Positions 51,722-64,000 of a DNA stretch of 64,000 nucleotides are shown in pieces. Under the pieces are notes generated by a model. The model worked only from the letters and a program-made list of their open reading frames with translations. It was not told the DNA's origin and made no database searches. The position numbers were made by a program, and so were the translations under genes. Numbering within the stretch: the stretch's first letter is position 1; the number at the start of each line of letters is the position of its first letter. Origin of the DNA: Felis catus (lineage: Eukaryota); contig NC_058368.1 of NCBI RefSeq assembly GCF_018350175.1, forward strand, positions 40,116,001 through 40,180,000, read 5' to 3'.

Positions 51722-52080
51722 CTATATATATGTATTTTATACACACACAATATAATACTGTTGTGTATCATATATTATACATTATAATACTGTTGTGTAT
51801 CATATATTACATATATAATATATATACTTGTAATATATATGTAATGCATATTGTATAACACACTACAATATTATTTAATACTTATATATGTAATATATAA
51901 TGTATAACATATATAATATATAACATATATAACTACATATACTATAACTATATATTCTATATTTCATACTTATACTATATAAAATATATATTATTGCATA
52001 CTTCATATTATATATTACATATATGTTAGTATTATAATGCAGTATATATAACACTTACATATATATTACATATGTATGTA
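51722..52080. repeat. AT-rich low-complexity region with a 32-bp-period duplication
   Basis: tataatactgttgtgtatcatatatta at 51751-51777 and 51783-51809. Confidence 0.85.
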
Positions 52081-52929
52081 TTAAACAAATTCAAATAAGT
52101 TTTAACAGAAAAGAAGCGCGGAGAATCCCCAGAGCTGGGGAGATTTGTGGGGAAGGTTGTCAGCGCTTCGAACCCTGTACAGCCACAGGGAGAAAGGGTA
52201 TGACTACTTTAGAAATCAGAGTCAGGCTGAAACAAGATTAAAAGAACTTAGATCTGGCAGGGCTTTGAGAACAAACTTGAGCTACTTTACAATTTGTTCT
52301 AGCGCTGATTCTTCACAACTGATGGTCTTGATTTTACCTGTTTTTGAAGTTAGTCATAACATACAGTTGCTGATTTTTATGAATTTGCATTAGTTTATGT
52401 GCTTTAACTGTACCATTTTAAGCCAAGCACATTTAGCTTGACATTTCATATTCAGCCAGGCCCAAGCGAGCTTCCAAATTGAATGTAAAACAGGTGAGCT
52501 TCAGCCAACTCTTTTGGGTTCACCAGGTTTTGACAAGTATTGTCATATTTTAAAAAGAACTCAAAAGGAATCACAAAACCTTGTGAATTCTCAAGAATTT
52601 GCTATAAAAACTGAATGGCTAACCTAAATTGAAATAGTGAACCTAGGTCTCAGTTAATCCAGAAACAATGAAATACTTCATTTGGAAACCTAAGCAGGGT
52701 CTAGACAAACTTGACTTTTTTCTAAAATTGAACTCCAAATAGCTGAGCTTGCATGCTATTGGATTTGAAATGAAATCTCTTCTTGACGTTTGCTGAGACT
52801 AAAAGTATGAATTTTTAAAAGCCATAGGAAGAGAAAAAGAGGTATTGCTTAATTCCCTGATTAAATATTAAAGGGAACTTCAAGAACATTTGTTTAAAGG
52901 ATTAAAACTGGGTTCATTTTTGGCGTAAA

Positions 52930-53410
52930 GACAACCAAATATTTTTGGATACTCCTCAAAAGCTGGGTTTTATTTCTCCTGCCATTAAAAATAGGCTGGC
53001 CAGTAACCTACTGGCAGAGTACCGTGAGTGTAATACTATACCAGTTTCTGCAGGTCTAGACTTCCCAACAACTAGCAGGTTCCATGTCCTGTATTTTGGA
53101 AGATTTATTTTTAGAGCCCTGAGCTTTCATGAAAGTAGTCTATTTATTGAGGAGACTGCTAGGAAAGTCCTAAAAGAGGGTTCTATTTAAGCTAGTCTTC
53201 CAGATGGCCCTGCCAAGGCACTTGGCATGTAAGTAAAATGCTCTCTTATCTCTAGACCAGCCCAGAAACCAGGTGAAGAGGCTGAATGATCTTAGGCACT
53301 CAACTTCACCAGGTGTATTGACTTCCAAAGAGCTGCTGAAATGCCTGACCACACTTCATGGGTTTGGGCCACAAAATTTGGGGGTGTTCCATTACACAGC
53401 ATAGCTAGAA
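52930..53410 (+). mobile_element. MaLR (MLT1-like) LTR
   Basis: 'ggcatgtaagtaaaatgc...ctagaccagccc' and terminal 'gccacaaaatttgggggtgttccattacacagcatagcta'. Confidence 0.6.
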
Positions 53411-54559
53411 GGGATTTCATCATTAAATTAACCTCCTTGTTTACTCCCTAGAAGGTCAATTAAACATCTTGATTTTTAGTAATAGCTGTTTTCTACAACA
53501 TATCACAAAAATTTTTGATCCACTTTACAGGTGGCACTGAAAACATGAATTTCCTTCAAGGAAGCAATGATGCTAACGAGGAAGTTTTTTCAAACTAAGT
53601 GACCTCTCCAGAGTGGTCTTCCCCTGTGGCATCCAAAACACTAGCCCAGAATTTAACATCAACTCACATCGAAAACAAACAAAATTATACAAAACAATAA
53701 TAAAAAATAGAATGACAATATTATGTATGTAAATCATTGTTTAGAATTTCTTCCTGAGGTTATAAAAACAAGTCACCTTAATCTAATATGTGTTCTCTCA
53801 CAAGACTAACAGTTATAGTCAGCTGTTTTTCAATTGATTCTGATTTTTGCAATATAAACGACCAATTTCTGCACCATTGATTCAACTAGTCATGCAGTCA
53901 ATAGCACAACAGAAACCACCATGAGGATCAGACTATTTTTGAATCTTTTATTGTAAAAGCTTGGCAATAGTTTTTAAGACCACAAACCATATTGATGTTT
54001 ATTCTTTTGTAAAAGAATCATCTAAGTCTTTGGGAATAATGTCATAAGAATAACTTTATTATCCCAATAGAGAAATTAACTTAAAACATTTTTATTTATC
54101 TCTAAGTAAAATGACCTGATAAACTGTACAAAAAATTGTATTAATACAAGAAATATATTATAAAGAAGTCAAGACAACACAGAGGAAACAAATTTAACTG
54201 AAGTAAAGAATAAACTATTATTCCTGTATAATATTCACTTACAGAGTTTGGAAGGATGGCAACAAAAGTTCTGGATCATTATGTTTAATATTATGTTGTA
54301 ATTTATCTCAATGATAACAATAACAAATGCTTTGTTATTCTCTGAGTTCAATCGCAAAACTTAGAAATCAACCTTTTTCCTTGTCACTAGGCCTGAAGGT
54401 CTTACCTCTGTAGATTCCTCTCCTTTAATATTTTCTTTTTCACAGAATATTCAGTGTATCCCAACTGAATGTCTTTGTATCTAATCCATGCTTCAACCAC
54501 TTTAATAACAGCCTTGGGAAGAGGTGATTCAAATAATGCTTAAAATGCTGTCTTTGTGG

Positions 54560-55900
54560 ACAGCTCTGAAAGTTGGAATGTTCTTCACTATACTGAGCAG
54601 AAATGCAGTTATTTATGTTACTTCCATTTCTTCATACTTTCAACCCTTAGAGACATATAGGACATTTTATCCACCTTCATGGATATTTGAGGGCATCTCT
54701 TATATGCTTAGCAGTGGATCATTTCCCCAATAAAGATAATAAAGTCTTCCAATTCTTCTTCACATGACAAAAAACACTTCACCATCCATATGGCTATTCT
54801 GAATCTGTTTTTCTCAAAACACAGAGCTCATAATTTAAGATAATATATTAACTTATTGATATATCGTTGATATATTATTATATTGATATATTAACTTATT
54901 GATATATAACTTAATATATTAGCTGAATAGCATAGAGTAGAACATAACTATACCATTTTATTTTAGTACTCTGACTAATTCATACAGTAAGCATTTTTGA
55001 GAAGTTATTCTTACCTTACATTGTCCTGGGACTGGGGATCTAGCAGCATACAGTGAAAGAGCCACTGGGTGCCTCAGTTGGTTAAGCGTCCAACTCCAGC
55101 TCAGGTCATGATCTCATGGTTCGGAACTTCAAGCCCCATGTTGGAGACTGCTTTGGATTCTGTGTCTCCCTCTCTCTCTGTCCTCCCCTGCTTGCACTTG
55201 GTCTCTCTCTTTCAAAAAAAAAAAAAAAGAAGCATTAATTTTTTAAAAAAATAAAGTGAAAGAGAAAACATCAAAAGTTCTGCTTATTGTATGTGTGTGT
55301 GGCTGGTGCTGTGGAGACAATACAATAAAATTAAAACTGAATGAATTTTGTCCTGTATTAGAAAATGAAAAGTGCTACAGGGGAAAAAAATGAGAAAGGC
55401 AAGGGTGATAGAGAATGATGACAGAGGTGGTGTTGCAAATGCTGTTATAGAAAAGATCATTATAGAAGCCAGAGCATAAGAAGATATTCAAGCAATGGCC
55501 TCAGAAAAATGACAAAGAAACATGCAGAGGTTTGGGTTATCATATTTCAGGCGAAGAAACTAGTATGAAAGCTATGAAGAGGAGACAAGAGTGGCATGTT
55601 GGGAAAAGATGGGATGTCCTGTAAGTGCAAGATGACTGGCAAATGAAATTCTACTCCATAGTTTTTAATACTCTCTGCTCTAATGACTCATTTCTTTTCC
55701 CTTGCTAGATTTGACCCTTCACTGAAGATATTGTCCAATATGCTTTATATTCCTCTTAGAATTTAGTCATTTGTAAATGTGGTGTTTTCTATGATGTGAT
55801 TCACATCATTGATTACATTGTCAAATGTAACACTGGCCAAGTCAGACTCCTGAATGATGGCATTAAAAAGTCCTTCCTGCTTCTTAAGAGTTACAATCAT
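54560..55900 (-). mobile_element. CR1/L3 relic interrupted by an L2 fragment (about 55020-55630) and a SINE
   Basis: L3-like 'agcatagagtagaacataactatacc' and 'cacatcattgattacattgtcaaatgtaacactggccaagtcagactcctg' on either side of an L2-like purine-rich block. Confidence 0.4.
55061..55253 (+). mobile_element. CAN-SINE with internal deletion
   Basis: Lacks the usual 'ctctgtgctgacagc' segment; flanked by agtgaaagag copies. Confidence 0.88.
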
Positions 55901-56393
55901 CACACATGGGTCATGGAAACAATTGTATTTTCAAGAGCTTTCACATTTTTTAATTAAAGAAATGTTTAAATTTTTGTAATCATATCTCCCCATATAAAAT
56001 TGAATACTAAAAGAGAATCAGTAAAATCTTTGTGTGAAATTGTATAATATTCATAGCATTTATATATTCAGACATAAAAGGATATATATTTCGAACTAGG
56101 GTGAAATCACTTCTATTTCAGATAGTTAAGTAGAAAGCTCATGAGGTGATTGATTATGAACAGGACTGAAATATGAGGAGGGTAACAATGACTATAAATG
56201 GAGGGCAGAACAAGAATCAAAGACACATAGATGGGGAAAAAACGTACATTCAGTGGTTGTAAAGTAGAGCAGTTTGAAGCCAAAATGTCACATAGACAGC
56301 TCTGAGGCTAGAAGATATTTTAAGGCTACACTGTCCTTAAAAACAACTATAAGGCATTACAACCTGAAAAAGCAATAAGAAGGTTTTGAGTTG

Positions 56394-56651
56394 AAATGAA
56401 CAAAGAAAAGAGACAGAGAGAGAGAAAAACCAAAAAGCAGACTCTTAACTATAGAGAACAAATAGATAGTTACTAGGGGGTAGGTGTGGGGGGGTGACGG
56501 GCAGGATGGGTGAAACAGGTGAGGGGGATTACAGTACGACTTACCATGATGAGCACTGAGTAATATATAGGATTGTTGAATCACTATATTGTATATTTGA
56601 AACTAATATAACACTTGATGTTAACTATACTGGAATTTAAGAAAATAAAGA
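56394..56651 (+). mobile_element. Short 5'-truncated carnivore L1 3'UTR
   Basis: 'agactcttaactatagagaacaaa...gatgagcactgagtaa...gttaactatactggaatt'; perfect 17-bp TSD aagaaggttttgagttg (56377-56393, 56652-56668). Confidence 0.92.
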
Positions 56652-57664
56652 AAGAAGGTTTTGAGTTGGACTCTGAGGCCATTACTTCATTTTTTTATAG
56701 TTAAAAATGTAGATATACAGAAGAGTTTAAAAGGTATAGGTACCAAGATTACAATAATGGGAAGAGTCAATGACTGTCAATTACAATCAAATGAAGAGAC
56801 AAATGTCACAAATCTGGGAGAGTTAAAAAGTTGTAATCCCAAAAGACCAGTATCTATAGCCCTCCCTAGGTCTTAGTAGATATGAAAGATACTGAATAAA
56901 TTAATTAATCTGACTGAATTAATTAGTCTTAGTTAAAATGAAAATCAAATAATAAAATGTAATGAGGATAAAATTAAATTTCCATGTAAATAAATCAAAA
57001 CTACACAAATACATAATGATAAAAGTTTTAAACGTTCAAGTTTTAAAATAAATAGTTAAGAATCTTCATGTCCTGTGTTCTCTGTGCCAGCCAAATATGT
57101 GATATGTCAGCCTGGACAGCTAATGCTTTTTTAGATTTCATTATTATAAATATAGCACACGGATAAAGAAGGTTACAGTCACTCTGGGTATTGGTCATAG
57201 AGCATCTGGTAAACCAGATATAGTGTTTCCTCATATCTCTACTTCTTGTAGGATAAAATCTAAAGGCATGTTTAAGGCTTTGTCGAATTTAACTCCAACC
57301 GTTACTTGGAGCCACATCGTTAGCAGCTTCCTGCCCTCTAATAATTTATCTGCAAACAGAGCTTTCTTACTCAGGCCTACAGGGGTCAAGATGGGAAAGT
57401 AAAAAAAGAGAAGGTAGTGATGAGCAGAATAATGAAGAATACACCTTAGGACACTCACTTTTAGTGGGTAAGCTGTAGGCTGCTGGCTAGCCATTTGTGG
57501 CTATTACTTTGCAAAGTACCTACTGAGCAGTATTCACCATTTCAGAAGTTGTCTTCTTTTCACTCCTCTGATTATGTTTATAGTTTACTCTTACATAGAT
57601 TTTAATTATTCTCTCAACATTTATGTTCCAGTAAAAATTAGAGATCCTATGAATATTTGCCCCA

Positions 57665-57712
57665 GCGCGCCAATCAGAAAACGTCACTCTTGTTATCATG
57701 TTACTATAGCAG
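57665..57712 (-). promoter_or_regulatory. Candidate RFX X-box / CRE half-site / NF-Y Y-box composite
   Basis: Minus strand ctgctatagtaacatgataacaagagtgacgttttctgattggcgcgc, with retained CpGs. Confidence 0.35.
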
Positions 57713-57832
57713 TTCATAGATATGTTAGCCTGAAGGCTCATAATATTATATTGTATTATTTTTTTAATCTGTTAAAATATTTTCACACTATAGTTACACA
57801 TACAAATACAGCAAATCAAAACTTAAATTCAT

Positions 57833-58030
57833 GGGTGCCTGGGTGGCTCAGTCCATTGAGCGTCCGACGCTTGATTTCAGCTCAGGTCATGATCTCAGGG
57901 TCGTGAGATCAGGCTCGCCTGAGTGTGGCACCTGCTTAAGATTCTCTCTCCCTCCCTTTCTCTCTCTGTCCCTTATCCACTCATAATCAATTTCTCTCTC
58001 TCTCTCTCTGAAAGAAAACAAAACCCAAAA
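57833..58030 (+). mobile_element. Older CAN-SINE
   Basis: Flanked by aacttaaattca copies. Confidence 0.9.
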
Positions 58031-58338
58031 AGAACTTAAATTCAATTAAAAATTAAAATAAAAACATCTAATTGTGAATAACCTATAAACAATTATATTC
58101 TTCATGGTTTCTTGGTTAGGAGTAGAGAAAAACAGCTTATTTTAATTTTGGAAGTAAAATCAACCTGCCTTAGTAATAAATCATCTAGTGTTGTCTAGGG
58201 TTTAGGGATATTGTAGATAACTTTGGGGCCTGATCCTTTACTGGTGGTGCTTTTCTTAAAAATGCCCAGGAAGAACACATGTAGAATTGGGTTCAAAGAA
58301 ATGAGAACAGACCCACCACAGGGTCCCTGCTGAGTTAA

Positions 58339-58371
<33 letters not shown>

Positions 58372-58401
58372 GAGAGACAGAGAGAGAGAGACAGAGAGAG
58401 A
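58339..58401. repeat. (GA)n/(GACA) microsatellite
   Basis: Seen directly. Confidence 0.9.
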
Positions 58402-58419
58402 ATATCATTAGGGTCCTAT

Positions 58420-59080
58420 GGACTTTAAATAAATGGAGGGACTTTAAATGACCTGGGTGTTAAACAGAGGTAGTGGAAGTGAGGTAATGATCAGCTAGAA
58501 AAATAGGAGCTTATGATTATACAGATATGTTAGAGGTAAACCAAGTTTTAATTAACATGGAGCAGTTACAGATAGTGGCAACATCTAAGATGGCGTCTTT
58601 GGCTACAGAAAGCTAGCAAGAAGTACAGAGAAACACATAAGGGGTTGAAGACAGAGATTCTGAGATTCTGGCGCTACATTGGTCATTCACATGAGCAGTA
58701 CATCAACAAAGAGAATGGCATAATTTTAAGTAAAGCAGAAATAATGAGCAGGGTGCCAGGAATTTCAATTATTCTGGGGAGTATTGTTAAAAAGTCAGTA
58801 GATTACAGCAATGACTAGCAGTAGTGGGTACTGGAGTGGGTTATCATGAGCCTCAAATGAGAAAGTTATTTTACACAGGTGTGGAGGACAAAGACTTTAA
58901 AAATTTTAATGAGGAGCTAGGTGAATGCCTAGCCACCTATCCATAAGACTTGGGAAAATGAGTGAACGTATTAGACAGGATTTAAGTGGAAACAGTATCT
59001 AGGAACTGAATGAGATTTCTTTCAGTGGGAGGCAAGGGTCAGAAGTGTCAGGATGTAAGAAAACTAACTCCCAAGCAGAT
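58420..59080 (-). mobile_element. L2 internal relic
   Basis: Purine-rich decayed sequence like antisense L2 ORF2 ('gtagattacagcaatga', 'tcatgagcctcaaatgag'). Confidence 0.35.
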
Positions 59081-60201
59081 ATTTTTTAGTATGAAATGGA
59101 TATTCTAAAATGTACCATGTTACCATTTGGCAAGAAAGAAGCAATGCAATTATAATTATAATTATAATTCTGGTAATAAAAACCAGAAAACACTTTGCAG
59201 ATAAAAGTACTACAAATGAGAGAGGAATAGCGCCTTTCATTCACAGTAGTTGTAGGAATGGCATGAACACTCACATGTTGACATGAAGCTGGCCTCAAAT
59301 TCCCAAAGAAGCATGGTCAAATTAGAATGTAATCCAGAACAGATTTTGTAATATCTCAGTGAAAAAGTTAGGATGCTGTGATTTTGGATAGGCTGACAGT
59401 AGAAATCATTTATTATTCTAAATGTTCTCCATACTAGATGAGCTACTTTTAGTAATGATTTCATGCTTGCAACTTTTTATAATTTTTAAATGTAAGAATA
59501 TATCAAGATATTGTCTTGAGCCATTCATCTTCTCAAAAAGTCTTTATAAGAGATAATTTCCCTATTGATTCAGTATGCTCATGGCCTTGAGATAAAGTAA
59601 GTTCTTTATAACATGAACACAAATAAAAAGAAACAATGTTCGGTTTTGTACCTGCAAATTAGGTCCTAGAAGCTCATGGCATTCCAACAGAGAGATTTCA
59701 CAGCATCTTTAATTTGCCACTATAAACACATGGAAGGGAACAAAGACACAGAAGACACTGATGTCATACCTGGCCTATGATCAGGAGCCACATTAGCTGG
59801 GTTTTTTTTTTTTTTTTTGGATTTATTTCCCCTCCTATTTCTATATAATTCCCATGAAATATCTAGTGGCAAAAGCTATGATCCAAGATCATCTGAGCTT
59901 CAACTACTCTGGCTTATAGAGGTGTATACGTTTTCAATGGTTTGAGGTGCTTATAATTAGGATGTTCATTCGTTACATTCCCAATCTCAATTTCCAACAA
60001 TTTTGTTGCTTATCTTGCACTCTCAAAAGGGGCCTATTTTAGACAATTATCTGATCAGCCTACTCATAAAACCACCATTCTCAGTTCCTCTGCCTTCAAA
60101 TGAGAATCAAATCAAATTGATTTTAATTTATCTACACAATTTTAGTTGATACCAAAAATGAAGGATAGAAAGAGGATTGTGGTTAAGACTAGTAGGCACT
60201 T

Positions 60202-60408
60202 GGGGCACCCGGGTGGCTCAGTCGGTTGAGTGTCGGACTTTAGCTCAGGTCATGATCTCATGGTTTGTGAGTCTGAGCTCTGCGTCAGGCTCTTGGCTGA
60301 CAGCTTGGAGCCTGGAACCTGCTTTGGGTTCTGTGTCTCCCTCTCTGCCTCTTCCCTGCTCATGCTCTCTCTCAAAAACAAAATAAACATTAAAAAAATT
60401 TAAAAAAA
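60202..60408 (+). mobile_element. CAN-SINE
   Basis: TSD aagactagtaggcactt/aagactggtaggcattt. Confidence 0.95.
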
Positions 60409-60679
60409 AAGACTGGTAGGCATTTGAATAAATAGGCATGGCAGCAACAGTGATAAATTATGGGAGAGAGGAATCAAATTCTTGACACTCAGAAGGGTAG
60501 TGATTAGGAAAGAACTATAATGGGGTGACTTGGTGGTAATAAGGCCTGCCCTGCTTAGTGCAAAAAATGTCACAATAGTATTGACCATCTGCTATTTCAG
60601 AAAACTGAGTACACCTGTGATGAAACTACGAAAAATTAAATTGTTGAAGGAAATAATACATTTATATTTGTATTGATAT

Positions 60680-61030
60680 TTTCTACATAGAGCATACTTT
60701 GTACTAATTCACACTCCCGCTAATTCTCTGAAGTCTTTGCTGAGGAATATTTAATCAGTTTGCTTTTTGTCAATTTGATAGAGAAAAATGGCTTTGATTT
60801 TAGTTTGAATTTAGCTTTCCATGAGTGAAATTTAGTATCTTTTCAAAGGTTTAAGATTCATTAAAAAAAAATTATTTTTGTTACGGTCCTTGTATGTTTC
60901 TAGTTGTGTCTTTATTCCAATTTTCTGATGGGGTTTAGGATATATTTCACTCATTTTCATAAACTCTTTAGAGAATACAGTCAGTTGGTAATACTTTGAT
61001 TATTTTTATTCATTTCTAAATATTTTGTTT
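60680..61030 (-). mobile_element. Very old L1M(E/C)-like relic
   Basis: 'tgtactaattcacactccc', 'tgtcaatttgatagagaaaaatgg...gaaatttagtatcttttcaaaggttta'. Confidence 0.55.
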
Positions 61031-61192
61031 ACTTTGGCAGTATTTTTTAAGTGCTTTAGAGTTTTCAGTAATACTAACAAAAATTGTTTTAAAAATTATA
61101 AAGATTATTTTATAAATACTTTGCCATTTTTCTAATACTACCATTATGTCAGATATATTCTTTTTAATTAAGTTGTTGACCCACCTAAAATT

Positions 61193-61458
61193 GTTTTTTT
61201 TTGTTTTTATTGAGACATAATTGACATACATTACATCGGTTTCAGATGTAAAAATAATGATTCAATATTTGTATATATTGTGAAATGATTACCACAATGA
61301 GTCTAGTTAACATCCGTCACCATACATAGTTACAAATTTTTTTTCTTGTGATAAGAACTTTTAAGATTTACTCTCTTAGCAACTTTCAAATATGGAATAT
61401 AGTATTATCGACTATATTCTCCATACTATACATTATATCTCCATTACTAACTTATTTT
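61193..61458 (-). mobile_element. L1MA9-like 3' end
   Basis: T-tail, then 'ttattgagacataattgacatac...ctagttaacatccgtcaccatacatagttac...tttactctcttagcaactttcaaata'. Confidence 0.85.
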
Positions 61459-62118
61459 AGCTAACATACAGTGTAGTATTGGTTTCAGGGGTAGACTCCA
61501 GTGATTCATCACTTACATACAACACCCAGTGCTCATCCTGACAAGTGCCCTTCACCCCATGCCCCCACCACCTCACCTCCAGCAACCTTCAGTTTGTTCT
61601 CTGTATTTAAGAGTCTCCTATGGTTTGCCTCCCTCTCTGTTTTTATTTTTCCTTCCCTTCTCCTATGTTCATCTGTTTTGTTTCTTAAATTCCACATATG
61701 GGTGAAATCATATGATATTTGTCTATCTCTGACTGGTTTATTTCACTTAGCATAATACACTCAAGTTCTATTCACATTGTTGCAAATGGCAAAATTTCAT
61801 TCTTCTGTGCCAAGTAGTATTCCATTGTATATATACCACATCTTCTTTATCTAGTCATCAGTTAATGGGTATTTGGGTTCTTTCCATGATTTGGCTATTG
61901 TTGATAGTGCTGCTATAAACATTGGGGTGCATGTGCCCCTTGGAATCAGTGGTTTTGTATCCTTTGGATACATACCTAGAAGTGCAGTTGCTGGGTCATA
62001 TGGTAGTTCTGTTTTTAATTTTTTGAGAAACCTCCATACTGTTTTCAAGACTGGCTGCACCAGTTTGCATTCCCACCAACAGCGTACAAGTATTCCTCTT
62101 TTTCCGCATCCTCGCCAA
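61459..62118 (-). mobile_element. Carnivore L1 3' fragment
   Basis: 3'UTR plus ORF2 end [17 protein letters not shown]...CTPMFIAAL. Confidence 0.9.
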
Positions 62119-62589
62119 AATCAACAAAAACAGGTCAACACCATGACATATCATAGAGGTTAAACTTTGTGGAGTTTATTTCTTCTGTAGGGTTATCCAG
62201 ATACCTGAAACACATTTCTTGAATGATCCGTCTTTTCGTTAACAACTCTTCTGAATTAAAAGATTCTTCCTAATCAGCAGTGTTTTTCAGTCTTTTTTTA
62301 GTGAAGAGTATGGGAAGTTGGGAAAAACAGGACAAACAAAACAAAAATAAAAACAAAACCAAGTATTCAAATAATGGCTGCCTCTTATAATTTGTTTAGA
62401 CAAGAGAAAATTAATTAACCTCTTCCAACATCTGCTTTCTCTCCTTAAATTGCAGGTCGTGTTGGTTACCATTACTTCTTAACATGGTGAGGTCTAAATT
62501 AGATACCATTTTTATGAGCTGCTTTATACTTTGCATGTTGTAAACTTTTCAGGAGTGCTAGGTCTTGTTGTTTCACTAATTATGCTACC

Positions 62590-62704
62590 AGTGTACTGAC
62601 CAGTAGGATCCCCAACAAGAAGACTCATCACTTGAGAACTTGATACAAGTGTAAAAATAGTGGCCTCAACCCAAACTGCTGCAAGTAAAGTTTGAGAAGC
62701 ACTG
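62590..62704. mobile_element. MER5-like hAT relic
   Basis: Ends in 'taaagtttgagaagcactg', the MER5/Charlie terminus. Confidence 0.55.
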
Positions 62705-63798
62705 TTCCACACCATTAGATTGAATTAATTGACAGCTACCTAAGGAAAGGAATCTATTTAGAAAGGAAAGGTACATGTAGTTCAAGGAGAAAGACTCTGT
62801 TACAAGTTGTAACCAAGTACCTAAAATGTTTTGCCTTCTTCACAATTTTGCCTAGGGTTACCGTGTTTACATCAGTGTTTCCACAAGGAGGATTTTCAGT
62901 CTGATGGAAAATGATCACAAAGATTGTATAGGAGTTGTAAGATGAACTAGCTCTATCTTTCCAGCAGGGTGGATAGCCAGATAAATGAGCCTCTGCATTA
63001 GCTGTTAATCTTAGGTAACTTAATTTGTGTTAGGTATCACTTGTCTCTTATTTACATGTCTAAATTTGTTCTCGGATTATACCTACTTTTTTTCCTGCTT
63101 GATTCTTTCTGTCTCCTAAACGTTCAGGGATTTACGTTTTAAATGTTGCGACTCAAGCATTTATGTATTTTAAAATGCATTCACTATAGTAGTAAAAGCT
63201 TACTTATATTTAATAAACAATAGAGCAATTTCAAACAATATAAATTGATGTCATCTTCTCCTTTTATACCTTATTACTGCGGCACAGTGACCTTTAAATT
63301 GCAGCTTTGGAGTTATGATGATGTAGATGGTGGGGTCAGTGATATAATTCTTAAGATGTTTAATATCAATTCTCCCCTTCAATGAGCAAACTCTATATTG
63401 GGAAATGAATAAAAGTAGAGTTCAAAGCATAAGTACAATGGCTCAGTCATACTAGTACTCATATGGTCAGTTGGCTAGTAGGTAATAGGCAGGAACAGAT
63501 GATACTGGGGAAATTCAGATCTTCAGTTGTTGAACTGAATAACTCCCCAAATTCCAAATGTGACTGCTTCTAGAAAACCTGCATTTGTATTGATGATAAA
63601 TCAACAAGTACATTTTTCTTATTCTTGTACAAACCAACATCAGGAATATTCTAATATTTGGAAAATCTGAAATACAGATTCAAAAACCTCACAGTATTAG
63701 AAGAACTTAAATTGAGAATTTGCTTTGTCTGCAAACATAGAAAAGCTATTAGGTTTAAGAATGTGATGGGAAATATATGATTAAAAACTTCATATATT

Positions 63799-63995
63799 GA
63801 GGTGTCTGGGTTGCTCAGTCAGCTGAGCATCCGACTTCAGCTCAGGTCCTAATCTTGTGGTTCGTGAGTTCAAGCCCCAAGCCAGACTCGCTGCTCTCAG
63901 CCTGTCAGAACAGAGCCCGCTCCAGATCCTCTGTCCCCCTGGTTTCTCTGCCCCTCCTCTGCTTGCCCTCTCTCTCTAAAAGAATAAAGAAAATA
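63799..63995 (+). mobile_element. CAN-SINE at window end
   Basis: Head gaggtgtctgggttgctcagtc, (CT)n and A-rich tail. Confidence 0.9.
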
Positions 63996-64000
63996 CTAAA

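Noticed and set aside
58587..58595. YY1-like AAGATGGCG
   Set aside because: Single short motif inside a probable L2 relic, with no supporting context.
62524..62715. 63-aa minus ORF near a ccttag acceptor
   Set aside because: Overlaps a MER5-like terminus; no recognisable protein.

Overview
AT-rich, CpG-poor felid genomic DNA, judged from young SINEC_Fc-type CAN-SINEs and a felid-type L1. No host protein-coding exon can be supported, so the window is probably intergenic or deep intronic. It holds about 29 CAN-SINEs, several L1 fragments (one young with an open 487-aa ORF2 C-terminus, one with a 5' inversion), old L2/L3/MIR relics, hAT and Tigger DNA transposons, MaLR LTR relics, microsatellites and a tailless U2 snRNA retrocopy. 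The main unexplained signal is a decayed minus-strand reading frame at about 5.9-7.1 kb. Its translated segments match, in order, motifs along the conserved core of filovirus/Mononegavirales nucleoprotein, making it a candidate endogenous filovirus-like NP element in a felid. The viral reference sequences were recalled from memory and each match is weak alone, so a profile search is needed. Repeat subfamily names are by-eye calls and old-repeat boundaries are approximate.
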